The position numbers and the translations under genes are program-made. Below are positions 1 through 12,724 of a stretch of 64,000 bases of DNA, one piece after another; position 1 is the first letter of the stretch; every line of letters begins with the position of its first letter. The notes under the pieces are model-generated. The model was not told the origin of the DNA. It made no database searches and saw nothing but the letters and a program-made list of their open reading frames with translations. The stretch is from the human T2T-CHM13v2.0 reference genome, Homo sapiens. The stretch is from assembly GCF_009914755.1 (NCBI RefSeq), contig NC_060948.1, one strand, 5' to 3'.

Positions 1-2303
1 CTTCCTCCATCCCTTTCTTTTGAGCCTGTGTGTATCTCTGCACGTAAGATGGTTTTCCTGAATACAGCATACTGATGGGTCTTGACTCTTGATCCAATTT
101 GCCAGTCTGTGTCTTTTAATTGGAGCATTTAGCCTGGTTACATTTAAGGTTAATATTGTTATGTGTGAATTTGATCCTGTCATTGTAATGTTAGCTGGTT
201 ATTTTGCCCATTAATTGATGCAGTTTCTTCCTAGCATTTATGGTCTTTACAACTTGACATGTTTTTGCAGTGGCTGGTACTGGTTTTTCCTTTCCATGCT
301 TAGTGCTTCCTTCAGGAGTTCTTGTAAGGCAGGCCTGGTAGTGACAAAATCTCTCAGCATTTGCTTGGCTTTAATGGCTTTAATGGATTTTATTTCTCTT
401 TCACTTATGAAGGTTAGTTTGGCCGGATATGAAATTCTGGTTTGAAAATTCTTTTAAGAATGTTGAATATTGGCTCTTCTGGCTTGAAGAGTTTCTGCTG
501 AGAGATCCACTGTTAGTCTGATGGGCTTCCTTTGTGGGTAACCCGACCATTCTCTCTGGCTGCCCTTAACAGTTTTTCCTTCATTTTAACCTTGGTGAAT
601 CTGACAATTATGTGTATTGGGGTTGCTCTTCTCCAGGAGTATCTTTGTGGTGTTCTATGGATTTTCTGAATTTGAATGTTGGCCTGCCTTGCTAGGTAGA
701 GGAAGTTCTCCTAGAAAATATCCTGCAGAGTGTTTTCCAACTTGGTTCCATTCTCCCCATCACTTTCAGGTACACCGATCAAATGTAGATTTGGTCTTTT
801 CACATAGTCCCATATTTCTTAGAGGCTTTGTTCTTTCTTTTTACTCTTTTTTTCTGTAAACTTCTCTTCTCACTTCATTTCATTCATTTGATCTTCAATC
901 ACTGATACCCTTTCTTCCACTTGATCAAATGGGCTGCTGAAGCTTGTTCATGCATCACGTCATTCTCGTGCCATGGTTTTCAGCTCCATCAGGTCATTTA
1001 CAGTCTTCTCTGCTGTTTATTCTAGTTAGCCATTCATCTCATCTTTTTTCAAGCTTTTTAGCTTCCTTGCAATGGGTTCAAACATCATCCTTTAGCTCAG
1101 AGAAGTTTGTTATTACTGACTTTCTGAAGCCTACTTCTGTCAACTCGTCAAAGTCATTCTCCGTCCAGCTTTGTTCCATTGCTGGTGAGCAGCTGCTATC
1201 CTTTGGAGGAGAAAAGGTACTCTGGTGTTTAGAGTTTTCAGCTTTTCTGCTCTGGTTTCTCCCCATCTTTGTGGTTTTATCTACCTTTGGTCTTTGATAA
1301 TGGTGACCTACAGATGGAGTTTTGGTGTGGTTGTCCTTTTTGTTGATGTTGATACTATTCCTTTCTGTTTGTTAGTTTTCCTTCTAACAGTCAGGTCCCT
1401 CAGCTGCAGGTCTGTTGGAGTTTGCTGGAGGTCCACTCCGACCCTGTTTGCTTGGGCGTCACCAGTGGAGCCTGCAGAACAGCAAATATTGCAGAACTCA
1501 AATATTGCTGCCTGATCCTTCCACTGGAAGCTTCGTCTTAGAGGAGGACCTGGCTATATGAGGTGTCAGTTGGCTCCTACTGGGAGTTGTCTCCCAGTTA
1601 GGCTACATGGGGGTCAGGGAACCACTTGAGGAGGCAGTCTGACCATTCTCATAGCTCAAACTACATGCTGGGAGAACCGTTGCTCACTTCAGAGCTGTCA
1701 GACAGGGACGTTTAAGTCTGTAGAAGTTTCTGCTGCCTTTTATTCAGCTATGCCCTGCCCCTAGAGGTGGAGTCTAGAGAGGCAGGCAGGCCTCATTGAG
1801 CTGCGGTGGGCTTCATCCAGTTCTAGCTTCCCAGCCACTTTGTTTACCTAGTCAAGTCTCAGCAATGGCAGACGCCCCTCCCCCACCCAGGATGCCGCCT
1901 TGCAGTTTGATCTCAGACTGCTACACTAGCAGTGAGCAAGGCTCCGTGGGTGTGGGACCCACTGAGCCAGGCACGAGGTATAATATCCTGGTGTGCTGTT
2001 TGCTGTGACCATTGGAAAAGCACAGTATTAGGGTGGGAGTGTCCCGATTTTCCAGGTACAGTCTGTCACAGCTTCCCTTGGCTAGGAAAAGGAAATCCCC
2101 CGACCCCTTGTGCTTCCCAGGTGAGGCAATACCCTGATCTGCTTTGGCTCACCCTCGATGGGCTGCACCCACTGTCCAACGAGTCCCAGTAAGATGAACC
2201 AAGTACCTCAATTGGAAATGCAGAAATCACCCGCCTTCTGCGTCGATCACACTAGGAGCTGCAGACCGGAGATGTTGCCATTTGGCCATCTTGGAACAGA
2301 CCC
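1..2303 (-). mobile_element. L1PA (about PA6-PA8) 5' portion: 5'UTR, disrupted ORF1 and start of ORF2; continues off the left edge
   Basis: On the minus strand the 5'UTR begins GGGTCTGTTCCAAGATGGCC at ~2303. ORF1 N-terminus MGRNQSRKAENSK starts at 1266 (ORF track 1078..1266), ORF1 stop lies at ~247 and the ORF2 start ATGACAGGATCAAATTCACAC at 183. Confidence 0.95.
247..1266 (-). pseudogene. L1 ORF1p, disrupted by stops/frameshifts
   Basis: MGRNQSRKAENSKHQSTFSPPKDSSCSPAMEQSWTENDFDELTEVGFRKSVITNFSELKDDV is followed by an early stop; the C-terminal DNA ends ...CAGCCACTGCAAAAACATGTCAAGTTGTAA. Confidence 0.9.
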
Positions 2304-2561
2304 AAAAAATATATTTGAATAATATGAAACTCAGTGATTTCCTTGATTCTCAACTTCCAGTAGCAATTAAAAGAAGCCCCTGTGGTCTCCAGAAGAAGCC
2401 TGGAGTTCAGATAATTTGCAGTTACTAAAAAGGTATGTGATTAGGCAGACACGAACTTGGATTTCCTGGTGGAAATTAGGTCTTAGTTACAGTAGATTCT
2501 GCACTCTGCACTGTGTTTCTGTCTGCATGAATATATCCTTGTTCATAATGATGACTGTTTT

Positions 2562-3800
2562 GTTATTATACTTTAAGTTCTAGGGTACATGTGCACAACA
2601 TGCAGGTTTGTTACATAGGTATCCATGTGCTATGTTGGTTTGCAGCACCCGTCAGTCCATTATTTACATTAAGTATTTCTCCTAATGCTATCCTTTCCCT
2701 AGCCTTCCACCCCATAACAGGCCCCAGTGTGTGATGTTCCTGTTCCTGTGTCCATGTCTTCTCATTGTTCAACTCCCACTTATGAGTGAGAACATATGGT
2801 GTTTGTTTTTCTATTCTTGTATTGGTTTGCTAAGGATGGTTTCCAGCTTCATCCATGTCCCTGCAAAGGACATGGATGCATCCTTTTTAATGGTGCCATA
2901 GTATTCCATGGTGTATATGTGCCACATTTTCTTTAACCAGTCTATCATTGATGGGCATTTAGGTTGGTTCCAAGTCTTTGCTATTGTGAATAGTGCCACA
3001 ATAAACATATGTGTGCATGAGTCTTTATAGTAGCATGATTTATAATCCTTTAGGTGTCTATCCAATAATGAGATTGCTGGGTCAAATGGTATTTCTAGTT
3101 CTAGATCCTTGAGGAATCACCTCACTATTTTCCACAATGGTTGAACTAATTTAGACTCTCACCAACAGTCTAAAAGTGTTTCTATTTCTCCACATCCTCT
3201 CCAGCACCTGTTGTTTCCTGACTATTTAATGATTGCCATGCTAACTGGCATAAGATGGATCTGATTTTGGTTTTGATTTGCATTTCTTTAATGACCAGTG
3301 ATGATGAGCTTTTTTTCATATGTTTGTTGGCTGCATAAATGTCTTCTTTTGAGAAGTGTCTGCTCATATCCTTCACCCACTTTCTGATGGGGTTGTTTGT
3401 TTTCTTCCTGTAAATCCATTTAAGCTCTTTGTAGATTCTGGATATTAGCCCTTTGTCAGACGGATAGCTTGCAAAATTTTATCCTATTCTGTAGGTTCCC
3501 TGCTCACTCTGGTGATAGTTTCTTTGGCTGTGCAGAAGCTCTTTAGTTTAATCACATCCCATTTATCAATTTTGGCTTTTGTTTTCATTGCTTTTGGTGT
3601 TTTAGTCATGAAGTCTTTGCCCATGCCTATGTCCTGAATGATATTGCTTAGATTTTCTTCTAGGGTTTTTATGCTTTTAATTCTTTAATTAAATTGTTCT
3701 TTTAATTCTTTAATTAATCCATGCTTTTAATTCTTTAATCCAGTTAATATTTGTGTAAGCTGTAAGGAAGGGATCCAGTTTCAGCTTTCTGCATATGGTT
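2562..3800 (-). mobile_element. 5'-truncated L1PA 3' end (ORF2 C-terminus plus 3'UTR)
   Basis: TTATTATACTTTAAGTTCTAGGGTACATGTGCACAAC is the reverse complement of the L1PA 3' terminus; ORFs 2811..3065 and 3182..3376 are ORF2 C-terminal peptides ([30 protein letters not shown]). Confidence 0.95.
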
Positions 3801-3990
3801 TTTCCACGTACTTTTAAGATTATAGTACCCGCTGAGTTTCAGAGGACAAGGAAAAGAGCAAGTTGTGCATGCATCCAACTATAGGAATGCTTTAAACATT
3901 TTACTATCTAAAACATTCTTATTTTGCTTTCCCTAAAGTTTCCCCAGCTATCATCAACCAAAAAATCACTTCTCTCTTCTACTTAAATTT

Positions 3991-4288
3991 CTTTATTTTT
4001 ACTTTAGGAGACAGGATCTTGCTTGTTGCCCAGGCAGGGGTGCAGTGGCACCATCATAACTCACTTTAGCCTTGACTTCCCTGGGCTCAAGTGATCCTCC
4101 CACTTCAGCCTCCCAAGTAGCTGGGATTACAGGTGTGTTGCAGCATGCTGAATATTTTATTTTATTTTATTTTGAGATGGGGTCTCACTGTGTTGTGCAG
4201 GTTGGTGCTGAACTCCTGTCTTAAATCAATCCTCTCTCATTAGCCTCCCAAAGCACTGGGATTATAGCTGTAGGCCACCATGCCCAGC
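3991..4288 (-). mobile_element. Alu (AluJ-like)
   Basis: Diverged dimeric Alu with GGGCTCAAGTGATCCTCCCAC and GGGGTCTCACTGTGTTG, which are J-type features. Confidence 0.9.
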
Positions 4289-4998
4289 TTTTCTTACATT
4301 TACATTTCTAAACACTCATATATTCCAAATGTGACAGCTAGGCAGACACGCATACGTGCACATATTTATATGCCGTCATCACCCACAACCTCTCACCTCA
4401 CTCCACAATTATTTCTCAATGTGTAGCCTCTTCATAAAATATTCAGGAAAGGGCACTTACCCAACTCACTCTTTTGGAAATGTTCTGTAAGTGTTAGAAA
4501 GCATGCCTTGCCATTACCCATTCTTTCAGGCTCAGCTCACAAAATCCCCTCATCTCCTGTAAGAACCTGCCGTAGACTCACCCTACTGGCAGATGCTGCT
4601 TTTCTGTGTTCCTATGGTATGCTGGCTCAAACTTCACATATGCCACTTCTATTATGAAACACAATGATGTCTATGAACCATGGAACCATTTGCAGAAGGA
4701 ATTCTTGGGAGTCATTCTACATGTCCTGGGGTCTGAGAAAATGGCAGCTCGACCAGTGTCTGATACTTTCAATGGCAGAATCGTTAACAGTAACTCAGTC
4801 ACAGGGCATGCAAGTTGGACTGTAAACACCTTCAGCCATCTGGTGATACATAATGTCCTCCTTGGCTCCTTGACCTGGGGATGATGGAATACCACTTGCT
4901 TTCTGAGAACAAATGGGCTCAAGTGGCAACAAGAGCACACCCAGGCAATATGTGAAAGATTTTCACAGTGGTTGACAAAGAGAATAAAAGCAAGATGA

Positions 4999-5180
4999 GG
5001 CCTAGGGCAATGGGTCATGCCTGTAATCACAGCACTTTGGGAGGCCAAGGCAGGAGGATCATTTGAAGCAGGGGTTCAAGGCCAGCCTGGGCAACATAGC
5101 AAGAGCCTTGTTTCTACAAATAATACAAAAAATTAGCTGGGCGTGGTGGTGTGTGCCTATAGTCACAGCTAGTCAGGAGA
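4999..5180 (+). mobile_element. Partial Alu (J-like, left arm plus part of right arm)
   Basis: GCCTGTAATCACAGCACTTTGGGAGGCCAAGG...AAAAATTAGCTGGGCGTGG, truncated at the 3' side. Confidence 0.85.
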
Positions 5181-5397
5181 AATTCATTTGAATGCATTTC
5201 TCTCTTTAGAGAAACAATGTTATGTGACTCCACTTTATGCCTCATAACCTGCATGGTGGAACACAATACTGCAGAAAGCGTGAAGTATATTTTTTATTAA
5301 TTTTAGAAACTCAATAAGATGTAGCTTGTTTTCTGGAACACTGATGACTTAAACACTGGAGAGTTGCAAGTAAACAGAATAATATTATTTTCATTGG

Positions 5398-5825
5398 ACC
5401 TAAATGTCCATCAATGGATGATTGGATAAAGAAAATGTGGCAGTCCATGTATACCACAGAATACTACGCAGTCATGAAAAAGAATGAAACCATGTCTTTT
5501 GCAACAACATGGATGGAACCAGAGGTCATTGTCTTTAGTGAAATAACTCAGAAATAGAAAGAAAATACCATATGTTCTCACATATAAGTGGGAGCTAAGT
5601 AATGTGTACACATGGACATAGAGAGTGGAATAATATACATTGGAGATTTGGAGGGGTGGGAGAGTGAAAGTGGGTGAGATGAGAAATTACTTAGTGAGTA
5701 CGATGTACATCATTCAGGTAATGGGTACACTAAAAGCCCTCACTTCACCAGCATGCAATATATCTATGTAAGAAAACTGCACTTGTACACCTTAAATACA
5801 TTTTAAAAATTTAAAAATCAAAAAA
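5398..5825 (+). mobile_element. Older L1 (L1PB/L1MA-like) 3' end
   Basis: CCTAAATGTCCATCAATGGATGATTGGATAAAGAAAATGTGG...CATAAGTGGGAGCTAAG...AAAACTGCACTTGTAC followed by an A-rich tail. Confidence 0.88.
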
Positions 5826-6059
5826 GAACAGTGTTTTCTTCATTGGGTGGTGGAAAGATGCCAGCCAGGTTGCTCTGCTCAGGGAAGTTCCAGAAAGCAG
5901 AAGACAGGAAGAGGTTGTTGGGATGTCTGTATGAAATGACTCTCCAGGTGGGCAGATAGAAAATTTCAATTTTTGGAATTGTTCTTTTCTGATGGTCAGG
6001 TTCTGATGGGCATGGATGAAATTTGTGCAAATTTCTGTACAACTGATATAATGCTCTCA

Positions 6060-6480
6060 AACCTGAACATGCTCTCAAATGAGTCTGATGCAGTAAGTCC
6101 TGAGCAGGACCTGGGAAATTCAATTTCTAGCTGCACCCCTGGTGAAGTGGGTGTTGCTGCCCAACCTTTTGAATGGCAAGTTCCTGTAGATCTGGTGCAT
6201 TGTTAAACATCATACCTCTAGCCATCTGTGGCTAATTAAATTCAAATTTAAAGGACTTAAAGTACAATAGAATTAAGAATTCACTTCCATATATACATCT
6301 AGTATGTACCCACAAAAGTTAAAATTAAAAATTAAAGAAAAGAATTCACTTCTTTGGTCACAGTAGATGCATTTCAGTGCTCAGTAGTCCCAAATGGCTA
6401 CAGGCTACCTCTTGGCAGCCCAGGATAGAACATTTCCATTATTACAGAAAATTATATGAGACATTGCTAATGTAGAGACT
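6060..6480. mobile_element. Old hAT/Charlie fossils (MER5-like followed by MER3/MER33-like)
   Basis: TCTGATGCAGTAAGTCC...ATTTCTAGCTGCACCCCTGGTGA; CATTTCAGTGCTCAGTAGTCCC...GGCTAC...GATAGAACATTTCCATTATTACAGAAA. Confidence 0.55.
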
Positions 6481-8475
6481 GGTTATCACCCAGGAACATT
6501 CAATGACAAAGTAGTAAAAGTAATTTTAATATTTGGAATTCACCTTTTTTTTTGCCTATCAGGTTCTGATTTCTATAAATTTCTGTGCAAGTTGTATAAC
6601 ACTTTTCAAAATCAGGGCACAAATATACATCCTTCATTACATGCAGCTCTGTGAATATTCTTAAAAGCCTTGAAATAAAAGAAACTTTAAATTCTAAACA
6701 ATTCCTAAAATTGCCTTATTTCGGAACACATTTGTGTATGTATGCTCATATTCTATATGCACGATAGCTATAAAAGTCTACAAATATTTATGTGCATGTA
6801 CTCAACATATTTTCATCCTTTCTTACAATTATTTTTACAGTCCTTCGATGAACAAAGGCCAAAAACCTCAGGGCTTTTCAGCAGAGGAACTATGACAGCT
6901 GAGTAACCCGGTGGCAATTTGGTCAATCACATTAGAAATCAGAAGTGCATGTTGCCACCAGAGAACGCTGTTATTTTAGATGCACAAGGTTGATCCAATT
7001 CAGAATTCTGGAGTAATGCTCACCTATACAAAAAAGGCACCTCAGGATTTTATTGGCTGAACACAATAGTAGTTTGTTTTTCCTACTTTACTAGCCCTTT
7101 GCAAGTGTTTTCACTTGGGTAGATTTTCTCCAAGTGGTGAGTGAGAGACTCAGGTTTATTGCCAAATTGGTACTCTGCCATCTCCAACACCTGCCTTGCA
7201 AGGTATCCCTGTTTTTGTTTGTTGATTTTTTTGGCCACTGTTTCAGTTTTATCAACTCCAAGGAAAAAGCTCATGGAAGCTCACCCGTGGGAGATTTCCA
7301 TGGGACACACGCTTATACTCACATTTCCTTGGCCAGAACTCAACCAAACAGACACTGAATTCCAGGAGCAGATGGAAAATGTGGTCAGGCTCTAAAGAGG
7401 GAAAAACTGGTTTGGTGTCAGCGAGCAGCATGTAATTATGGCTAAATCTATCTGCTAATGTACATGTCAAACAATGAGAACATTCACCCACTGCTGCTGG
7501 GACCATAAATCAGTACAACCATATTGGAGATCCCTTTGGCACCATCCGTTAAATCAGAACACGACCCACCAATTCCCCTCACTGATATACACTTTAGAGG
7601 AACTCTTGCATACTCTTGTACATACATAAGCATGCCCTTAGCAGTAATGTTTGTAACAGTAAAACCCTGCAACAACTCAGATGTTCACCGTCAGGGGGAT
7701 GGATCTATAAAGTGTGAAATAGTTACATAGTGAAAGATTGTACAAAGGCAAAATGAATAAACTAAATCTATGTGCAGAGTCATGGCTGAATGTCAGAAAT
7801 TCCAAATTGTTGGAAGGGAAAAAAAATACACACTATGCAGTGTGCTCCCAGTGGATATGATTCAAATGCTAGCCTAAGTAAACCATAATATATTGATTAG
7901 GAAAACAGAGCTCTTAGGCAAAATTGTTATGTTTTTATTACACAAAAAATTCAGGAACATATTTAACTTTGACTGTGGGATTTTCAAGGCAGTAGAGAAA
8001 CAAGCCTTGAAAGCAGCAATGAATGAGAAATATTCTCCATTTTTTATGTGGGTGGTTGGATCCACGCTTATTTTATTGGCTTGCTTCTTAACATGCTTTG
8101 CATATTCATCCTTTCACACCACTGCATATTTTCCTTTAAACATACCCAACACTTCACACAGAAAATAAATTAGTTTTTGGTGCAGCGAATCTTTCCTACA
8201 GTTTCCTATCTCCAGTGATTCTTTAGCCTTTAATGGATCTTGCTGACCTAAGAGTGGATTCTCTATGACTGCACTATGCTGTCACCACCATTTTCTGCTT
8301 TTATGCCTCAAAGGGTGGAGACCTCATTCAAACTAAGTCAGTAAGATGGGCCCTGCAAGGAAGAGGCAATTGGAACTTTTTCAGACTAATTGCTTTCAAT
8401 CCCAATTTGATCCCTCTCCCCTCACTGCTATTTTCTTTAAAATCCTGTCTCCTTGGTACTCCCTTAAGACTAAGA

Positions 8476-9330
8476 AAACATGTATGAACCCGGAGGACAT
8501 CATGCCAAGTGAAATAAGCCAGGCACAGAAAAACACCCTATGATCTCACTTATTTGTGGAATCTAAAAAAATCAAACTCACGGAAACACAGTAGAACAGT
8601 GGTTCCCAGGGGCTTCAGGGTTGGAGATTGGGAAGATGTTGATCAAAGAGTACAAAGTTTTAGTTAGAGAGGAGGAATAATTCTTAGGGATGTATTCTAC
8701 ATCATGGTGACCATAGTTAATACTAAGGTAACATATATTTCAAAGTGGCTAAGAGACTGGATTTTAAATGTTTTCATCACACATACAGAAATAATAAGTA
8801 GCTGATGTGATGAATATAGCAATAGCCCAATTTAATCATTCCACAAGGCAAGGCAAGGTGGCTCATGCCTCTAATCTGAGCACTTTGGGAGGCCAAGGTG
8901 GGCAGACCACTTGAGGTCAGGAGTTCAAGAGCAGCCTGGCCAACATGGTGAAACCCTGTCTCTACTAAAAACACAAAAATTGGCGAGGCTTGGTGATGCA
9001 CACCTGTAATCCCAGCTACCTGGGAGGCTGGGACAGGAGAATAGCTTGAACTTGTGATGCAGAGATTGCAGTTAGCCAAGATCCCACCACTGCAGTCTAG
9101 CCTGGGCAACAGAGCAAGACTCTGTCTCAAAAAAAAGCAACCAAAAATCAAAGTGGCTAAGAGAGTGGATTTCAAATGTTCTCACCTCACACACAAAACT
9201 AGTAAGTAAGTGAACGGATGAATATGACAATTATCTCAATTTAATCCATCCACAAGGTATGCATATATGAAAATATTACACTGTCCTCCATACATACATA
9301 CATACATTGATTATTTGTAAATTAAAAATT
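8476..9330 (+). mobile_element. L1MA-like 3' fragment interrupted by an Alu
   Basis: GAACCCGGAGGACATCATGCCAAGTGAAATAAGCCAGGCACAGAAA...GTGGAATCTAAAAAA; the L1 sequence resumes after the Alu. Confidence 0.85.
8847..9140 (+). mobile_element. AluS
   Basis: Full dimer with CACTTGAGGTCAGGAGTTCAAG and an A tail. Confidence 0.92.
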
Positions 9331-9489
9331 AAATTTATCTGGGTGCATTAAATTTTACGGTTCACTTTTGCTCACTTTTGAATCACAGTTATTGCTAACA
9401 TAGCACATAGTCTCCTATATCTTTTTTTCTACCAATTTTGAATTTCTAAGTTTCACTCATAATACTGCCTATAGATTTAGTTACTAGGT

Positions 9490-10431
9490 CTGGAGACCCA
9501 GGAGGGCTGATGGTGTGAGTTCCAGTCTGAAGGCCTAAGACCCTGGAGAGCTGAGGGTGTGAGTTCCAGTCTGAGTCTGAAGGCCTGAGACCCAGGAGAG
9601 GCAAGTGTGTGAGTTCCTGACTGAGTCTGAAGTCCTGAGACCCGCGAGAACTGAGGATGTGAGTTTCAGTCTGAGTCTGAAGACCTGTGACCCAGGCTAG
9701 CCAATGGTGTGAGTTGCAGTCTGAGTCTGAAGGCCTGAGACAGAGGAAAGCCAAGGGTATGAGTTCCAGTCTGAGTCTGAAACCTGTGACCCAGGAGAGC
9801 CAATGGTGTAAGTTCCATTGTGATAGCCTGAGACCTAAGAGAGCTGATGGTGTAAGTTCTTGTGTGATGGCCTGAGACTGAGAAGAGCTGATGATATGAG
9901 TTCCAGTCTGAGTCTGAAGTCCTGAGACCCAGGAGAGACAACGGTGAGAGTTCCAGTCTGAGTCCAGTGTGGAGTTAGGAGTAAAACTATTGTCCCACCT
10001 CAAAGACAGGCAGAGAGAGCAAAATCTTTCTTACTCCATTTTTTTCTTGCTCTATGTGCACCCTCATAACAGAGGATAATCCTTTTTCATATAATGACAT
10101 CTTTTTCTTTGGATAGATACCCAGGAGTGGGATTGCTGGATCTAATGGTAGTTCTACTTTTAGTTCTTTAAGGAATCTCCACACTGTTTTCCATAGTGGC
10201 CAAGAAGCTTTTCTGTTTTCTTGTCTTTCCTCCCTGTTCCCTAATGACACCACCATTGAGCCAATTACTCTGTTACCCACATAAGAGAAGACAATCCACT
10301 CTACTAAGTCTACTGATTTATTCGTTAATCTCAACAAGAATAATAATCATAAACACATCTAGGGTAACATTTGACCAAATATGTGGGAACCCCATGGCCC
10401 AGCTAGGTTGACACATATAATTAACCATGAC
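9490..10431 (-). mobile_element. MLT2 (ERVL) LTR with an internally amplified repeat and an L1 fragment at ~10075-10200
   Basis: Terminus TTTGACCAAATATGTGGG...GTTGACACATATAATTAACCATGACA matches the reverse complement of the MLT2 start. Confidence 0.75.
9492..9968. repeat. Minisatellite, about 10 copies of a ~50-bp unit (GAGACCCAGGAGAGCTGATGGTGTGAGTTCCAGTCTGAGTCTGAAGGCCT)
   Basis: Tandem periodicity is directly visible and gives rise to the repetitive ORFs 9446..10003 and 9666..9941. Confidence 0.92.
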
Positions 10432-12161
10432 AATGCCTGTATACATACTTGTGTGCATGTGTATGCATGTATGTATACATGAATCTTACTATGCAAATTA
10501 AGCACTGAACTAGCACAGAATAAAAAATATTATACCTTTTGGTGGAAAGCATTCACTGTAGTAATATTCTGTGGTCATCTGAAAACAGCAACTTTGCTGT
10601 TTCCAAATACAAATGAAAGAATGAAGGATCAGAAAAAAATAGATAATGTTGCCATTTAGCCAGCAATATGGAATGGATAACTGTGATTCCATGTAAAAAA
10701 TCCATGCTTAAATATTGATAAAAGACAAATGGAGCCGCTCTCAGGTGTTTCTGTGTTTTCTGGGCCCCTCATTGCTCAGGAAAAGACGTCACTCTGGTCA
10801 TCCTGCTGTGCCCATGGCATTTGGAGCACCTTCCTCCTGGTAGCCTTGCTGCTGGAAGGGGTAACCAAGACTGCTTCCTCCCTCATGTCCCTCTCTTGAA
10901 AACTTGCATTCCCTGTTTATTTATTTGTCACAATATTTGGACATGTTTACATATTGCTTAAAGATCCTTTGCACCTTCTGCATGGTGGATTCAAACTCAG
11001 CTTCCTTGGCAAAGGTGACAGCCCTTGGCAAAATGCAGTTATTCACTTTAAATAAGTTTTCCCTCTCTACCACCAATGAAACTGTCAGCCTTATCATTCA
11101 GGTGCCACCCACCCAACATGGGAGAGGATGCATTCTTGCTGTTTTGTGAAGATGCAATTGCTACTGTCACTTCACCCAGGCATTCTTTTCACATTGGAAA
11201 GGCGATGGTTCATAAAATTGTCTCTGAATTCATAGAAACTACCAAATAACCTTTAATTTGGCCGGAGATCAAAGACATAACAATCGATTAAACCAAGATG
11301 CACAAGTGGCAAATAAGTTTTATGCTGTATATAAACATGCCCAAATATTGCAATGAATATTATGCATATCATATGCCTTTGGGGTGGTATGGTTTTGAGA
11401 AGCAAGCTTTGCTACAACTGTAATATTTCAAACCATGGTAGAATTTCTCTTTGATGGGGTCACCCAGGTGTCTTATCAGTCAAAACTCGATGAGGCAAAA
11501 AAACAGGGCATGTCTCATCATCTGCGAAATCCAAATACACATATTTCCCACTAATGAATCCCTAATTAGGTCTAATAAAACATTATTCTGATGAACAATC
11601 CCATGGTAAGACATACCATGAAGTGACTCAACACAGCTTGCTCATGTTTTCTGTCGAGAAACCAACAATTAATTTCAGCTATGGAACTTTGCATTTAAAG
11701 CTGGGCGGAGACAATTTATAATAGAAGTAGACTTTAAAACTCAATTTGACAAGTGCCATTTGGTCTGTTCCTTGAACACTAGATTGATAGTTAATGAGCT
11801 GGAGTTTTCCCTCAGCCTGACTGACTTTTGGGCAGGTCACTCGGTTGTAAAGAAGAACTTGCCTCCGTGTTTACAATAGTCAAAGCTCATGAATACCTGA
11901 ATAATAATAAATATTAAAACATTAGTATTAGTAGGTAGTGTCTGTCATAATAGACAAGTCACTTATTTAGGTCGATTATGGTATGCCCATTCTAAACTCA
12001 TATTTGCCATATGAAATATTGGCGAGTATTGGTGCTGACAAGATAGAGATGGTGAAGAGTAGAGAGTGGTCCCAGAAATCTGCATGCACCAGCTAACAAC
12101 TTAACCAGCTGCTTTCTGTTGGATTATTTCTGTACACTCTACTTCACCTTCCACTCTATTG

Positions 12162-12692
12162 CAGTGATCCCCAACCTTTTTGGCATCAAGGAGAGGTTTC
12201 ATGTAAGACAATTTTTATGTGGATCCAGGGCAGGACAATGACATTGGGATGATTCAAGCATATTACATTGATTGTGCACTTTATTTCTATTACTATAATA
12301 TTGTAATACATAATGAAATAATTCTACAACTCACCATCATGTAGAATCAGTTGGAGCCCTGAGCTTGTTTTCCTGCCACTGGACAGTCCCATCTGGGGCT
12401 GATGGGAGACAGTGACAGATCATCAGGCATTAGATTTTCTTAAGGAGCGTCAAACTAGATCCCTCGTATGGGCAGTTCACAGTAGGGTTCATGCTCCTAT
12501 GAGAATCTAATGCCACTACTGATCTGACAGGAGGCAGAACTCATGTGGTTATGTGAGCGATGGGGATTGGCTGTCAATACAGATGAAGCTTTGCTTGCCC
12601 GCCCGCTTGCTTATCACTTCCTGTTATGTGGCCCACTTTGTAACAGGCCATGGAGTGGTACTGGTCCATGGCCTGGGGGTTGGGGATGCCTG
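12162..12692. mobile_element. MER1A (hAT-Charlie) DNA transposon
   Basis: Terminal inverted repeats CAGTGATCCCCAACC...GGTTGGGGATGCCTG; perfect 8-bp TSD CTCTATTG at 12154-12161 and 12693-12700. Confidence 0.93.
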
Positions 12693-12724
12693 CTCTATTG
12701 GATGAAAATAAATATTACCAAAGT

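Noticed and set aside
1-3800. The two minus-strand L1 pieces as one rearranged element
   Set aside because: They are separated by ~260 bp of non-L1 sequence and arranged as a 3' end upstream of another element's 5'UTR; two insertions is the simpler reading.
9446-10003. 185-aa repetitive ORF and a CRISPR-like appearance
   Set aside because: It is the translation of an LTR-derived minisatellite; there are no unique spacers or cas genes, and the context is eukaryotic.
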